Below, one piece after another: positions 31,809 to 42,250 of a stretch of 64,000 nt of DNA. The position numbers were made by a program, and so were the translations under genes. A model generated the notes under the pieces. The model searched no databases, had not been told where the DNA came from, and saw only the letters and a program-made list of their open reading frames with translations. The DNA comes from an uncultured Planctomycetales bacterium (GTDB lineage: Bacteria > Omnitrophota > Gorgyraeia > Gygaellales > Profunditerraquicolaceae). Every line of letters begins with the position of its first letter. Position 1 is the first letter of the stretch. The stretch spans positions 5,887 through 69,886 of the forward strand of contig CAYHBB010000003.1 in the NCBI GenBank assembly GCA_964354795.1, read 5' to 3'.

Positions 31809-33185
31809 TTGGATAAAAAAAGAATCCTGTTATTGGTTCCGCCAGCTGGTAAGCAGTATATCCGGGATTATTACTGCAGCTTCTCTTCTAAGGCGGGCTA
31901 CTATTGGCCACCGCAAGATTTAGTCGTTTTAAGCGGCAGTTTAAGCAAAATGTTTGAGCTAGAGGTGATTGATGCTATCGCCTTAAAGTTGAGTTTGCAA
32001 GATTGCCTTAAAGCGGTTTCGCGCAGTAATGTTGATATGATTATTGCTGCGACCGGGACTGCAACCTTGAACGATGATCTTAATTTCCTGGAGCTTGTAA
32101 AGAACAATGATCCGCTAATAAAAATAGTCCTCTCTAGCTCGATATTTCTCTCTCTCGGAAACAGGTTTTTGCTTGAGTATTATTTTATTGACGGAGTTAT
32201 GCTGGACTTTACAAATGATGATGTTGCGAACTATATATTAGGTAAATATGACGCTATCGTGAGCATGTATTTTAGAAAAGGCGGCGAAATCATTAACAGG
32301 TGCTCTGAGCCTGACAAGTCATTTAGCATAGCGATACCTCGACATGATTTATTTATAGATAAAGGATATAGGCTCCAGTTATTTAAAAAAGAAAACTTTG
32401 TAATAACTATTACTTCAATCGGCTGTCCTTACAAATGTTCTTTTTGCTGCGCTGGGGCCGTGAGATACAGGACCAGGACAATCGATAACGTTATGGAAGA
32501 ATTAAAATTCGTTAAGAATGCCTTGGGAATTAGAAACATTTTCTTTGCTAATCCTATCTTTTTTGTAAGTAAAGAATACGCTGTAGAACTTCTTAATTCA
32601 ATAATTAAAAATAAGTTAGCCGGAATTGAATGGATTGCAAATGTGCGCGTAGATATCTTAGATGAGGAATTGATAAGCTTAATGAAACAGGCTGGATGCA
32701 AGGCGTTATTGTTTGGCATTGAGAGCGGTGATCAAGATATACTGGATAAATACGGGAAAGGCATTTCTTTATCTGAAAGCAAGATTATTTTTAAGCTATG
32801 TAAGAGGCATAATATCTCTACTTTGGCCTATTTTATGCTAGGTTTTCCTGAAGACAACCAAACATCTATTGATAAGACTTTAAGGTATGTGAAAGAGGCG
32901 GCTTGTGATTATATTTCAGTCGGCTTTGCCGTACCGGACATAGGCACTAGATTAAGGGGCAGGGTTATTGAAGAAAATTATTGTTCGGTAGACTTTCTGA
33001 ACAGTTGGGACAGTTCCGCAGCTCCGTACATCAAAAATATCTCATTTTCACAAGAAGAGTTAGTAAGGATAAGAAAGAGAATATACCGCAGCTTTTATTT
33101 GCGTCCTGGGTGGATTATGCGGCATTTACTTGAACTAAACCTCAAGGATTTAATCAGCGGTGGAGCGAGGATATTAAGCAATTAA
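31809..33185 (+). CDS. B12-binding radical SAM protein (HpnJ-like)
   Basis: SIGCPYKCSFC, GIESG, MLGFP, FYLRP. Confidence 0.85.
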   Translation: MDKKRILLLVPPAGKQYIRDYYCSFSSKAGYYWPPQDLVVLSGSLSKMFELEVIDAIALKLSLQDCLKAVSRSNVDMIIAATGTATLNDDLNFLELVKNNDPLIKIVLSSSIFLSLGNRFLLEYYFIDGVMLDFTNDDVANYILGKYDAIVSMYFRKGGEIINRCSEPDKSFSIAIPRHDLFIDKGYRLQLFKKENFVITITSIGCPYKCSFCCAGAVRYRTRTIDNVMEELKFVKNALGIRNIFFANPIFFVSKEYAVELLNSIIKNKLAGIEWIANVRVDILDEELISLMKQAGCKALLFGIESGDQDILDKYGKGISLSESKIIFKLCKRHNISTLAYFMLGFPEDNQTSIDKTLRYVKEAACDYISVGFAVPDIGTRLRGRVIEENYCSVDFLNSWDSSAAPYIKNISFSQEELVRIRKRIYRSFYLRPGWIMRHLLELNLKDLISGGARILSN

Positions 33186-34030
33186 TCATTAATGCCGATG
33201 ATTTCGGGCTTTCCTCAGTCATCAACCAAGGCGTAATTGACGGCTTTGAGGGTGGCGTTATAACGAGCGCTTCCATTTGCGCGAATGGAGGCGCTTTTGA
33301 AGAAGCGGTTGTTTTATGCAAGCAAAACCCATGCCTGGACATAGGTTTACATGTTACTTTAATTGATGAAAGAGCAGTCTTGCCAGCAGAGCGGATACGG
33401 TCATTAGTCGAGAGTGAGAATCTTTTTTTCAAAAATACTTTTAGATTCTTATATAGGTATTTTTCGGGACGGATTTATATAAAAGACATTGAGTCAGAGA
33501 TAAGGGCGCAGATAGAAAAAGCTCTAGGTTCGGGACTAACTTTATCCCATATTGACAGTCATCGCCACTTGCATTTGTTGCCCCGAATACAAGATTGCAT
33601 ATTGAGCTTAACTAAAGAGTATAAAATACCGTATATTAGGTGCGGGAATTCACGTTGCTTGTCGATGTTTTCTTCAGGGATGCTAAAATGTTTATCATTC
33701 AATATTTTATCAAGATCTTTCAGAATGAAGCTTAGGAATAATCGTATTGCTTCTTGTGATGAAACAATCGGCCTAGAGTACAGCGGGCACTTGACAGAAA
33801 CACGCTTATTAGGTTTATTATCTGTTTTGCATGATGGTTTTACGGAATTAGTCTGCCATCCGGGCCGCGGAGAAATTGCATTGGAAAATCAGTATAAAGG
33901 CTGGGGTTACAATTTTGAAAATGAGCTCAAGGCTTTATTAAATATTAAAATAAGAGAGTTGATTAAAGAAAAGGGCGTTATTCTTACTAACTTTACTAAC
34001 TTAAGTAACGCTTTAATTAATGGATCTTAA
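33173..34030 (+). CDS. YdjC/ChbG/HpnK-family carbohydrate deacetylase, apparent ATT start
   Basis: Frame open upstream of track start 33380 and reads (I/M)KQLIINADDFG..ITSAS..IGLHVTL; HIDSHRHLH and CHPG downstream. Confidence 0.85.
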   Translation: MKQLIINADDFGLSSVINQGVIDGFEGGVITSASICANGGAFEEAVVLCKQNPCLDIGLHVTLIDERAVLPAERIRSLVESENLFFKNTFRFLYRYFSGRIYIKDIESEIRAQIEKALGSGLTLSHIDSHRHLHLLPRIQDCILSLTKEYKIPYIRCGNSRCLSMFSSGMLKCLSFNILSRSFRMKLRNNRIASCDETIGLEYSGHLTETRLLGLLSVLHDGFTELVCHPGRGEIALENQYKGWGYNFENELKALLNIKIRELIKEKGVILTNFTNLSNALINGS

Positions 34031-35435
34031 ATTAGTTAATAATCGATTCTTAAAAAGGGCTGTATTTGCGCTTCCATTCTTAATATGTTTTTTTATTCAG
34101 CTCAGTAAAATCAATAATGACATCGTTAGCTTTTCTGAAGTATGGTGGATATTGTCGCCATTTAGGTCCCTTGAAACAGTGCAGGGAGGGCATACTCCTT
34201 ACTACTATTACTTAGTCAGATTTATCCAGATCTTTAATGTATTTGATATTGCGCCGTACGCGTATTTGAGGTTTATTAATTGCCTTTTTAACATTGCCGC
34301 GCTGGCTTATATATATAAGGCATTTAAAGAGTTTTTGGATCAAAAAACCGCCTTTTTAACAATCCTTTGTCTTAGCCTTGGTTCGTTCTTTTTAGGTGCT
34401 ACGGTCACTACAGTCAGGTATCCACTTGTTAATTTGCTGTTCTTTTTTTCCTTGTATAATTTCTTTGCCTATCTACGAATCAGATCAAACCGATATTTTG
34501 TTTTATTTTTTATATCTGAGCTTATTGTAACTTCACTGGATACACATGCTGTATTCGGATGCATTTTTAAAATATTTTATCTGGTATTTTATAAGTTGCG
34601 AATTGATAGAAAACTAATAATCGCGGCTATATTGCTTGGAATAAACTTTATTGTAACTAATTTTTTTATTTATATTGTTGCAAGGCCATTTATTTGGTCG
34701 CACGTAGGGTGGCTGGCATCGCAGAATAATTTTATCTATTTTGTAAACGAATTCTTGCCAAATTTCTTTTTTAATACGCTGTCTTTCGAGTTTCCATTGA
34801 TTGCTTGGTTAGCTCTTATTGTACTATTTATCTTTTTCATTTTCATTCTAATCAAGATCCGGGATCGTGGCGTAAAGACTATTGCATTATTTATTTCAAC
34901 TTGCTTCCTATTGCTTGGCTTGATTCAATATGCGACTAAACTCCAATGTTTTACTACAAAGCATTTTATTTTCTTGGTTCCTTTTATACTCTCTTTGTTT
35001 TTCTATGTTATTCCGGAGCGCAGACGAATATTATCTTATCTTTTTTGCGCGTTCATCGGCTATAATACAGTAATTTCATATTCAGCCATTTGCGCATCTA
35101 ATTACACTTATATCTTTAGGGCTATTGAAAGATATAGGCCTACTATTTGTTTAAGTCTCCATGGGTCCGGATTCGTTCCTGAGACCATTTTAAAGAGCCT
35201 ATACCCAAGCATTCAGATTGAGCGTGTCGAATCCATAAAAAGTAACAGTTCTTATTCTGCTAAAACTCTTATGGTTGTTTCAAGTTATAATTCTAATGAT
35301 TTTATTGGGAGTAGTATTGAGATTTTAAAGGTCCCATTATCGGGATATACCAAGATTTTGGACTATTATTTCGAATATTGTCCGGGTTATACGTGTGTAT
35401 ATTCGATATATAAGCGCGAGATAGATCGATGGTAA
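34020..35435 (+). CDS. GT-C-like membrane protein
   Basis: SE..HTPYYY..LRF..VRYP pattern resembling PMT_2 family, multi-TM. Confidence 0.6.
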   Translation: MDLKLVNNRFLKRAVFALPFLICFFIQLSKINNDIVSFSEVWWILSPFRSLETVQGGHTPYYYYLVRFIQIFNVFDIAPYAYLRFINCLFNIAALAYIYKAFKEFLDQKTAFLTILCLSLGSFFLGATVTTVRYPLVNLLFFFSLYNFFAYLRIRSNRYFVLFFISELIVTSLDTHAVFGCIFKIFYLVFYKLRIDRKLIIAAILLGINFIVTNFFIYIVARPFIWSHVGWLASQNNFIYFVNEFLPNFFFNTLSFEFPLIAWLALIVLFIFFIFILIKIRDRGVKTIALFISTCFLLLGLIQYATKLQCFTTKHFIFLVPFILSLFFYVIPERRRILSYLFCAFIGYNTVISYSAICASNYTYIFRAIERYRPTICLSLHGSGFVPETILKSLYPSIQIERVESIKSNSSYSAKTLMVVSSYNSNDFIGSSIEILKVPLSGYTKILDYYFEYCPGYTCVYSIYKREIDRW

Positions 35436-36241
35436 TTAAGTCAGGATTAGAAACAGATAAATCTGATATAACTAGCCTTCGAGATCTTTGGGATCGGGAG
35501 TCTGAGAAGTGGGAGAAGCAATCCGGGAGTTCCGATTCAAGGATTTTCTTAACTCATGAAAGGATAGACTATATTACCGCCCTGATAGCCAGGAACCGAA
35601 AAGCGTGCAATGTCCTTGATGTAGCTTGTGGGCCAGGTTTTATAAGCTTGAGGTTGACAGAGGCAGGATTTGATGTTTACGGGTTTGATATTTCAGTGAA
35701 ATTTATAAACCACACTATTAAACGTATTGGCAATAAAATTAATGATCCGGAATTACATTTTCGAGTCTCAGAAAATGGCGAAATCCCTTTTGACGGAATG
35801 CGCTTTGATTTAATCTTAGCCATAGGTATTTTACCTTTTTTAAAGAACAATAGTGTTTACATAGGGGGCCTTAAGTCTTACTTGAAGGAAGATGGGTATA
35901 TTATAGCCTCGTGTGTCAATGGCTCAAGCGTGTATATTTTTAGAAGCATACTTAAGCTTTGGCGTAGTATATCATTATTTACTATAATACGCCTACTTAG
36001 AACGGGAATCTGGTATGAAGAATATGACGCATATTATAAGTTTAAACAGGCGCATAATATTCGACAGCTGGATAAGCTCTTTCTGGCGAAAGGCTTTGAG
36101 AAGGTTGATGACATGATTCTTTTCGGCCTTGATCGCTTAGAAAGAAACCCGTTAAAAAGAACCGGGTTTAATAAAGTGCTTTCAAAATATTTTGGTTGGT
36201 TGCATTACGGAGTGTACAGGATAAGAAACAAGAACAGTTAA
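35429..36241 (+). CDS. Class I SAM-dependent methyltransferase
   Basis: VLDVACGPG, GFDIS, FDLI, LKEDG. Confidence 0.85.
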   Translation: MVIKSGLETDKSDITSLRDLWDRESEKWEKQSGSSDSRIFLTHERIDYITALIARNRKACNVLDVACGPGFISLRLTEAGFDVYGFDISVKFINHTIKRIGNKINDPELHFRVSENGEIPFDGMRFDLILAIGILPFLKNNSVYIGGLKSYLKEDGYIIASCVNGSSVYIFRSILKLWRSISLFTIIRLLRTGIWYEEYDAYYKFKQAHNIRQLDKLFLAKGFEKVDDMILFGLDRLERNPLKRTGFNKVLSKYFGWLHYGVYRIRNKNS

Positions 36242-36371
36242 ATATGTAGAATTTCCTATATATGGTGATGTATACTGTTTTTAATGAGAAGATTGACTGG
36301 TGCTCGGAATTCTTTGTATCTAGACGCGAAAGTTTCGCAATTTCAGAAAATAAGGTATCGACATAAATTAT

Positions 36372-37037
36372 ATGGATATAATACTCGCTAATATTAATAA
36401 AAGTTACATCATAACTCGTTTCCCCTTCCTGAGGAAACGTGTAATCTTTGCTCTTAAGAATTTTTCGATGCACTTTAAAGGAGGTAATATTTATGCTTTG
36501 GTTGGAAGGAATGGCGCTGGCAAAACTACTTTACTTAAAATTGTATCGGGAATTATATTACAGGATAGCGGAAGCATACAAATTAATGGTAGTGGTTCTT
36601 TAATAGGGCAAGTTGTTTATGTCTCTTCTAATGAAAAGATATTTTATGAAAATTTAACTGCTAAGCAGAACATATATTTTTTTAGTGAAATTTCGGGGCT
36701 AACCCACAAAGTTATAAAATCTAGGCTCAGCGTATATTCAAAAATGTTTTGTTTAGATGGGGACCTTTTGAGAAAATGTTGGCAGCTGTCATCAGGTACG
36801 AAGAGAAAGCTAGCTATAATTCTAGGGCTTATGAGAGAATCCAAAGTTATTTTGATAGATGAAATATTCGATAAGATAGATAGGGTTAGTCGTCATGTAC
36901 TCATGAAGCATTTAAGAGAAACTGCGCAAAAAGAGGGAAAGATCATTGTTTATACGTCCCATTTAACAGAGTATATGCCTGAGTTTTATGATGAGATTGT
37001 CGAAATTGATGAAGGAGCATTGGTAAATGTTAGCTAA
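36372..37037 (+). CDS. ABC transporter ATP-binding protein
   Basis: GRNGAGKT, LSSG, ILIDE, TSH. Confidence 0.85.
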   Translation: MDIILANINKSYIITRFPFLRKRVIFALKNFSMHFKGGNIYALVGRNGAGKTTLLKIVSGIILQDSGSIQINGSGSLIGQVVYVSSNEKIFYENLTAKQNIYFFSEISGLTHKVIKSRLSVYSKMFCLDGDLLRKCWQLSSGTKRKLAIILGLMRESKVILIDEIFDKIDRVSRHVLMKHLRETAQKEGKIIVYTSHLTEYMPEFYDEIVEIDEGALVNVS

Positions 37038-37848
37038 AACAATCAGAACTTACCTTGCTTTCTTTAAGTTTAATATAGCATGGTATTCATCACATAGAAT
37101 TCAAATACTTGTTGGAGCTATAAATTCGCTTTCTTTTATGGTAGCGTTTTGTTTTGTATCTAAAATGCTAACAAAAACTGATATTCCTAATTTCATTCTC
37201 GGTAATCAAAACGAATACTTTTTATCAGTTTATATTGGGTTAGTCAGCTCCCTGTATTTTATAAATTCTATAGTAGCCCTAAATTCTAACATTAAAAATG
37301 CACAGATGACAGGTGTTCTTGAGCACATAATTGGGGTTGGTGTGCCTGTATGTACTTACGTTATGATACATGTAGTAGAAGATTTCTTAAGAACTACATT
37401 TATGATCATTCTTTACATATTCGTCGGAGTAATTATATTTGGGCTCCATGTGAAAGCTTTTAATTTTCCTATTTTGATAATATACTTTCTTTTAATCGTT
37501 CCATTTTATTATTGTATTGCAGTAATTGTCGCTGAATTAACTTTATTTTTCAAAGAAATCGGCGGTATTGATTTTTTTGTGCGAAACTATATTTCACTAT
37601 TTTCGGGAATTTTTTTCTCGACTTATCTCTTACCGTTTCCTATAGATATAATAAAGGATGTAATTCCTGTCTATAGGTGTGTTGATGTTGCAAGGATGAT
37701 TTTTATCGCTAACGTTAATTACGCAGAATTGTTTTATAATATTAAGATCATCGCACTTTATTTTCTCGTATTTCTTTTCATAAGCGTAATTTTAATGCGT
37801 AAAGCTACTGAAGCCATAAAGAAAGATGGCTCTATTGTATCGTATTAG
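37027..37848 (+). CDS. ABC-2 type exporter permease
   Basis: Six TM segments, GVLE, FSGIFF..LP, follows the ATPase. Confidence 0.8.
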   Translation: MLAKTIRTYLAFFKFNIAWYSSHRIQILVGAINSLSFMVAFCFVSKMLTKTDIPNFILGNQNEYFLSVYIGLVSSLYFINSIVALNSNIKNAQMTGVLEHIIGVGVPVCTYVMIHVVEDFLRTTFMIILYIFVGVIIFGLHVKAFNFPILIIYFLLIVPFYYCIAVIVAELTLFFKEIGGIDFFVRNYISLFSGIFFSTYLLPFPIDIIKDVIPVYRCVDVARMIFIANVNYAELFYNIKIIALYFLVFLFISVILMRKATEAIKKDGSIVSY

Positions 37849-37927
37849 TCTGATAAAAAACCTATTAATATATGAATGGGTATGAACTTGTTAGTGTTCA
37901 AGGCTGTATCTAATTGGTGAAGGTGCT

Positions 37928-38626
37928 ATGAGGTTTTCTCTTGTTATTCCTTGTCACAATGAAGCAGCTAATCTCCCTTTGTTATTACCTCGATGTAAGG
38001 AAGTAACTCGCCGCTCTGATATTGAAATTATCCTGGTAGATAATGGCTCAACAGATAATAGCCCAGATATTTTCTTCGATTTGCTTCCACAGTATCCTGG
38101 ATGTCGTAGTATTCGCATTGAAGAAAATAATGGTTACGGGCGCGGTATTCTCACTGGCCTCAGGGCGGCAAGAGGTGAAATTCTTGGTTGGACTCACGCT
38201 GACATGCAGGCTGATCCTCAGGACTCATTGCGAGCATTAGAATTGTTTGAAAAGTATGGACTGGATATCTTTGTAAAAGGACGACGCTACGGCCGTCCTT
38301 TAGGGGATGTGGCGCTCACCGTAGGAATGAGTGTTTTCGAAACTTTGCTATTCGGTAAGTCAATGTGTGACATTAACGCCCAGCCTACCATGTTTTCACG
38401 AACATTTTTCGATACTTGGATAGAGCCACCATATGATGATTCTCTTGATCTCTATGCTTATTATCAGGCCCGCTGCAAGCGTCTTAAGATACATCGTTTT
38501 CCTGTGAGGTTTGGTAAGCGTGCGTATGGTGTTTCACACTGGAATGTGAATTGGGCTGCAAAACTTAAGTTTATTCATCGCATAGTGAATTCTAGCTTAA
38601 AGTTAAAGAAAAGGATTAAAACATGA
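37928..38626 (+). CDS. Glycosyltransferase family 2
   Basis: VIPCHNE, VDNGSTD, THADMQ, DINAQP. Confidence 0.9.
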   Translation: MRFSLVIPCHNEAANLPLLLPRCKEVTRRSDIEIILVDNGSTDNSPDIFFDLLPQYPGCRSIRIEENNGYGRGILTGLRAARGEILGWTHADMQADPQDSLRALELFEKYGLDIFVKGRRYGRPLGDVALTVGMSVFETLLFGKSMCDINAQPTMFSRTFFDTWIEPPYDDSLDLYAYYQARCKRLKIHRFPVRFGKRAYGVSHWNVNWAAKLKFIHRIVNSSLKLKKRIKT

Positions 38627-38693
38627 AACTTGCCTTTAAACAGATTACAAAATTGCTAAGCCAAAGATACCACACATTGTGAAGGAGATGGTT

Positions 38694-40451
38694 ATGGCGC
38701 ATTTATTTATATTCTTATTACTTATTTTTTTTGGTACTACAACTGGTTATGTTTTATTAACATGGAGCATGAAATGGAAGGAAGAGGTTCCTTTTTCACT
38801 GAGAATCGGAGCGTCTTATTTTATCGGGATTGCATTCTATATCTTTCTAGTACGCACTTTGTCGACAGTGTTAAATCGTGCTGATTGGGCTGTCTGGATC
38901 GTGCTGTTATCAACTATTTTTATATTTATTTGGTTTAATAAAAGGTTACTTCTGTTCCTTCGAGAGTTTTTATCCAAGAGATCTGTGATTTATGTAATAT
39001 TGGGTTGGATTCTTTATGCCCCGCTAATTTTTATTTATTTGTATCCAAACAGCTATAAACTGGATGATTTTTCGCATACCTGGACTTTGCCTTATGTCAG
39101 ATATTCGTGGTTTTCTAATCTTATAAGTGAGTGTAAGTTTATCCCCGTGATAGGCCAAAATTACGGTCAGTCAATTTTAAGCTTTATGGGGGGAGAGATT
39201 TCCGGAAAAAGTCCTTATCTGTTTATTTTTCTATGGTTTCTTTCGTCCATTATTTTCTTAGGGTCATTCTTTTATGGATTTATTAATCTTTATGAGAAAA
39301 AGCCTTGGCTAATTTTATCTGCCGTTTTATTAATGTTATTTGGGACCACCGCGCTTTCGATAACACATGTTATAGTAATCGATACTATTAATCCGTTTGC
39401 CCTTTGTGGTTATACTGACGTGTTATTCGGTGTTTTTTCAGTTTTAATGCTTTTACTTTTTCACGCTGAAATTCAGAAAAGAACAAGTAACTTTTTACCC
39501 TTGTTTGTTGTTGCCGCATTGATAATTATCACTAATTTCTTTACTGCTCCTCAGAATATAATATATCTTTCGATGTTAGTCCCGGTATTATTTTTTAATT
39601 CGTTAAGGACTACGAAAAACATGAGTGAACCAATTTTCTGGTCTTCTGTTTTAGTCTTCGCGGCATTAGTTGCAATACCACAGGGTGGAATGTTGACCCC
39701 TAAGTTTATGCAGTCTGGTATATATCCCGTTCTCTTGACTACGTTTGTTGGCCCTGAAAGTAATTCAGGGATCCGTTTTTTACTTGGGATCCCTTTCCAT
39801 ATAAATGGGGTGCTGGGGATGGGGACTCCCGGGGGAGGCGTAGGAGAGGGTCAGCTCGCCTTCCTTAAAGAAGTTTTTATTTATATGAAAGATTGGAAGG
39901 CAAATTTCATGCCAATCGCCTGGATTACAGAACAAATCTTTTTCACATCACTTAGAGTTTTATTTTTTCCAATCATTGGGACTCTGGCGCTTTTCTTTAT
40001 GTATAAACGTGTGGATATTACCGATTTAACAAAAAGAACTATCGCAATACCAACATATAAATCATTATGGATTATTGGGGCTTATACTTTTATTATTGGA
40101 TTTTTTATTAGCTTTACTTTTATGATAGAAGGATATAAGTGGGAGTTAATCAGGCTTCTTATCCCAGGCGTGACGCTTGGGATGTTAGGGGTTTCATTAG
40201 GTCTATTAAATATATTTAAAAGAGGAAAAAGAAATAGTCGCTATTTGTTTATCTTTATTTTATGCTTGGTAATATGCGGTCCTGTGTGGGCCCTTTTGAG
40301 TTCTTTTGCGATGAATATGAATGATTTTTCTAGTGATAAGTTTATCAGGTTTCAAGCATTTTTAGGGGAAGGGCCAAAGATCGATCATAAATTATGTTCA
40401 GGTGCTACGGTTAGTATAGAGACTAGTACAAATACACCTGGCTGCAAATAA
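38694..40451 (+). CDS. Large integral membrane protein (possible GT-C/polymerase)
   Basis: Many TM segments; ATG 38694 lies 6 nt after AAGGAG. Confidence 0.55.
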   Translation: MAHLFIFLLLIFFGTTTGYVLLTWSMKWKEEVPFSLRIGASYFIGIAFYIFLVRTLSTVLNRADWAVWIVLLSTIFIFIWFNKRLLLFLREFLSKRSVIYVILGWILYAPLIFIYLYPNSYKLDDFSHTWTLPYVRYSWFSNLISECKFIPVIGQNYGQSILSFMGGEISGKSPYLFIFLWFLSSIIFLGSFFYGFINLYEKKPWLILSAVLLMLFGTTALSITHVIVIDTINPFALCGYTDVLFGVFSVLMLLLFHAEIQKRTSNFLPLFVVAALIIITNFFTAPQNIIYLSMLVPVLFFNSLRTTKNMSEPIFWSSVLVFAALVAIPQGGMLTPKFMQSGIYPVLLTTFVGPESNSGIRFLLGIPFHINGVLGMGTPGGGVGEGQLAFLKEVFIYMKDWKANFMPIAWITEQIFFTSLRVLFFPIIGTLALFFMYKRVDITDLTKRTIAIPTYKSLWIIGAYTFIIGFFISFTFMIEGYKWELIRLLIPGVTLGMLGVSLGLLNIFKRGKRNSRYLFIFILCLVICGPVWALLSSFAMNMNDFSSDKFIRFQAFLGEGPKIDHKLCSGATVSIETSTNTPGCK

Positions 40452-40514
40452 TCTAGATGGCGGTCAAGTTATTATGAATAAATTAATCAGCTATATTATA
40501 GATGGAGAGTAAGC

Positions 40515-42137
40515 TTGGGTAGTAATAGAGATAGCAACAGATTAAGAGGATTGGCGATTGTTCTGATTTTAGTTATTCTTGTCATTGGATTCGCAATTCG
40601 TCTATTGAGCATACTAAGATATACATCTTTTGATTTTCCTGGTTATGCGCCTGATGCGGCTATTCATTCTTTTGCTTGCATGGAATCAAAAGATGCTTTA
40701 GTGGCAAAGTTTTCTTCCGTAGTAGGGGAGGAGGGTAAATGGCATTGGCTGGGGCCACCTGTCTCCCAGGCTAAATATTTCCTGCCTCCACTTTTCTATT
40801 ATCTTGTTCTTCCAGTGACTTTTTTCGGAGCAGATCCTATTATACTAGCGATACCCAATGTTCTCTTTTCATGGTTGAGTATTCCTTTAATCATGATCTT
40901 TATCTATCAGTTACTGGAAAATACTCAAAGAATGAAGCGTATTTTTTTGAGTATTCTATCAGGGTTCTGGTACAGCATATTCTTTGTAGATATATTTTTT
41001 AGCAGTTATCTCTGGAACCCAAGTATGATCCCCTTTTTCTTACTCTGTTTTCTTCTGCTTTATAGGTACCAGATGGAATCAAAGGCTTCATTTACTGTCC
41101 AGATAGCCTATTGGAGCCTATATGGGATAGTTTTAGCTATTTTGGCGTCTTTACATTCAGCTAGCTTGTTTGTAATGCCTGTGGTCTTTGTTTTAAGTTG
41201 TATTGTTTTTCTTGTAAAAAACTTAAATAACTCCAAAAAGTGGCTGCTTCCACTAATCTCTGTTTTTACAGCACTAGTGGCATTATATCCTTATCTGTAT
41301 TCGGATTATTTTAGAGATTGGTGTAACACTAGATTAATATTCGCTAAATTGACTACAGTTACTAGTGAAGCAAATGCAATACCCTTGGTTAAAAAACTGA
41401 CTATGATAGCGCAAAATTATCTGGGCCTAGGATGGCAGGCATATTTTATAGGTTTAAATAAATGGGGGGTTATTTTTTCATATATATTTTTACCTACTAC
41501 AATTATTATGGGGATGTTGAGATTCAAGGGCAATAGGATACTAGGTGGGTCTTTATTACTTATATTGTTTGTTTACTGTTTAGCAGTATCGAATTATACT
41601 GGTCGGCAGCTTGTTCATTACAAATATCTTATACTTTTGTTTCCTTTGATATTTACTATTTTAGCGCTTGCTTATCTTGATTATTCCAGGCTTTCCGCAA
41701 AGATTATATGCTCTTTTTTGATCCTTGGAATATGTATATCAGCCCTAACGAACATTTACCATAGCTACAGGCATCTTGAGGCAAGGTATGGTAGAGAACG
41801 CTTAATGAGTAGCGGTGATGTGATAGAAGTATTAAGAAGAATACCAGAAGGGTCTATTATATCGCCACCAGAATATACTTTTTTAATAAAGAAGGAATAT
41901 CATCCATTTAAGTTTATTAACAGATATGTTACAAAAAAGGTTATTAATTTTGTGGGTTTAGAGGATCTACAGCCTGGCTCTTATGTGATTGAAACTAAAA
42001 GAGAATTTCGATTTATCGATGAAAATAAATTGGGCCCTGTTTTTAATATCTTTGAAAAAAAACCTTGCGTACAGAAAGAGTGGAGTCTATTCTGGGAAAA
42101 TCCATCTCTATATGTATATTGTGTTGAGAAAAAGTAA
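40515..42137 (+). CDS. GT-C membrane glycosyltransferase (GT39-like)
   Basis: LGPP..LPPLFYYL, WNPS, LH, multi-TM. Confidence 0.75.
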   Translation: MGSNRDSNRLRGLAIVLILVILVIGFAIRLLSILRYTSFDFPGYAPDAAIHSFACMESKDALVAKFSSVVGEEGKWHWLGPPVSQAKYFLPPLFYYLVLPVTFFGADPIILAIPNVLFSWLSIPLIMIFIYQLLENTQRMKRIFLSILSGFWYSIFFVDIFFSSYLWNPSMIPFFLLCFLLLYRYQMESKASFTVQIAYWSLYGIVLAILASLHSASLFVMPVVFVLSCIVFLVKNLNNSKKWLLPLISVFTALVALYPYLYSDYFRDWCNTRLIFAKLTTVTSEANAIPLVKKLTMIAQNYLGLGWQAYFIGLNKWGVIFSYIFLPTTIIMGMLRFKGNRILGGSLLLILFVYCLAVSNYTGRQLVHYKYLILLFPLIFTILALAYLDYSRLSAKIICSFLILGICISALTNIYHSYRHLEARYGRERLMSSGDVIEVLRRIPEGSIISPPEYTFLIKKEYHPFKFINRYVTKKVINFVGLEDLQPGSYVIETKREFRFIDENKLGPVFNIFEKKPCVQKEWSLFWENPSLYVYCVEKK

Positions 42138-42250
42138 ATAAGCAATTCTTGCGAACATGGCAAATCGTCTTTTGAGATGTTACATAACTGGGCTATAAAT
42201 GGAGAGAAGATTTGGTCAACGATAAATCGGAATATTTTTCTAAGGTGGCT

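Noticed and set aside
38623-38682. 19-aa ORF MKLAFKQITKLLSQRYHTL overlapping the GT2 stop
   Set aside because: Too short and without motif; possibly a gene remnant or chance.
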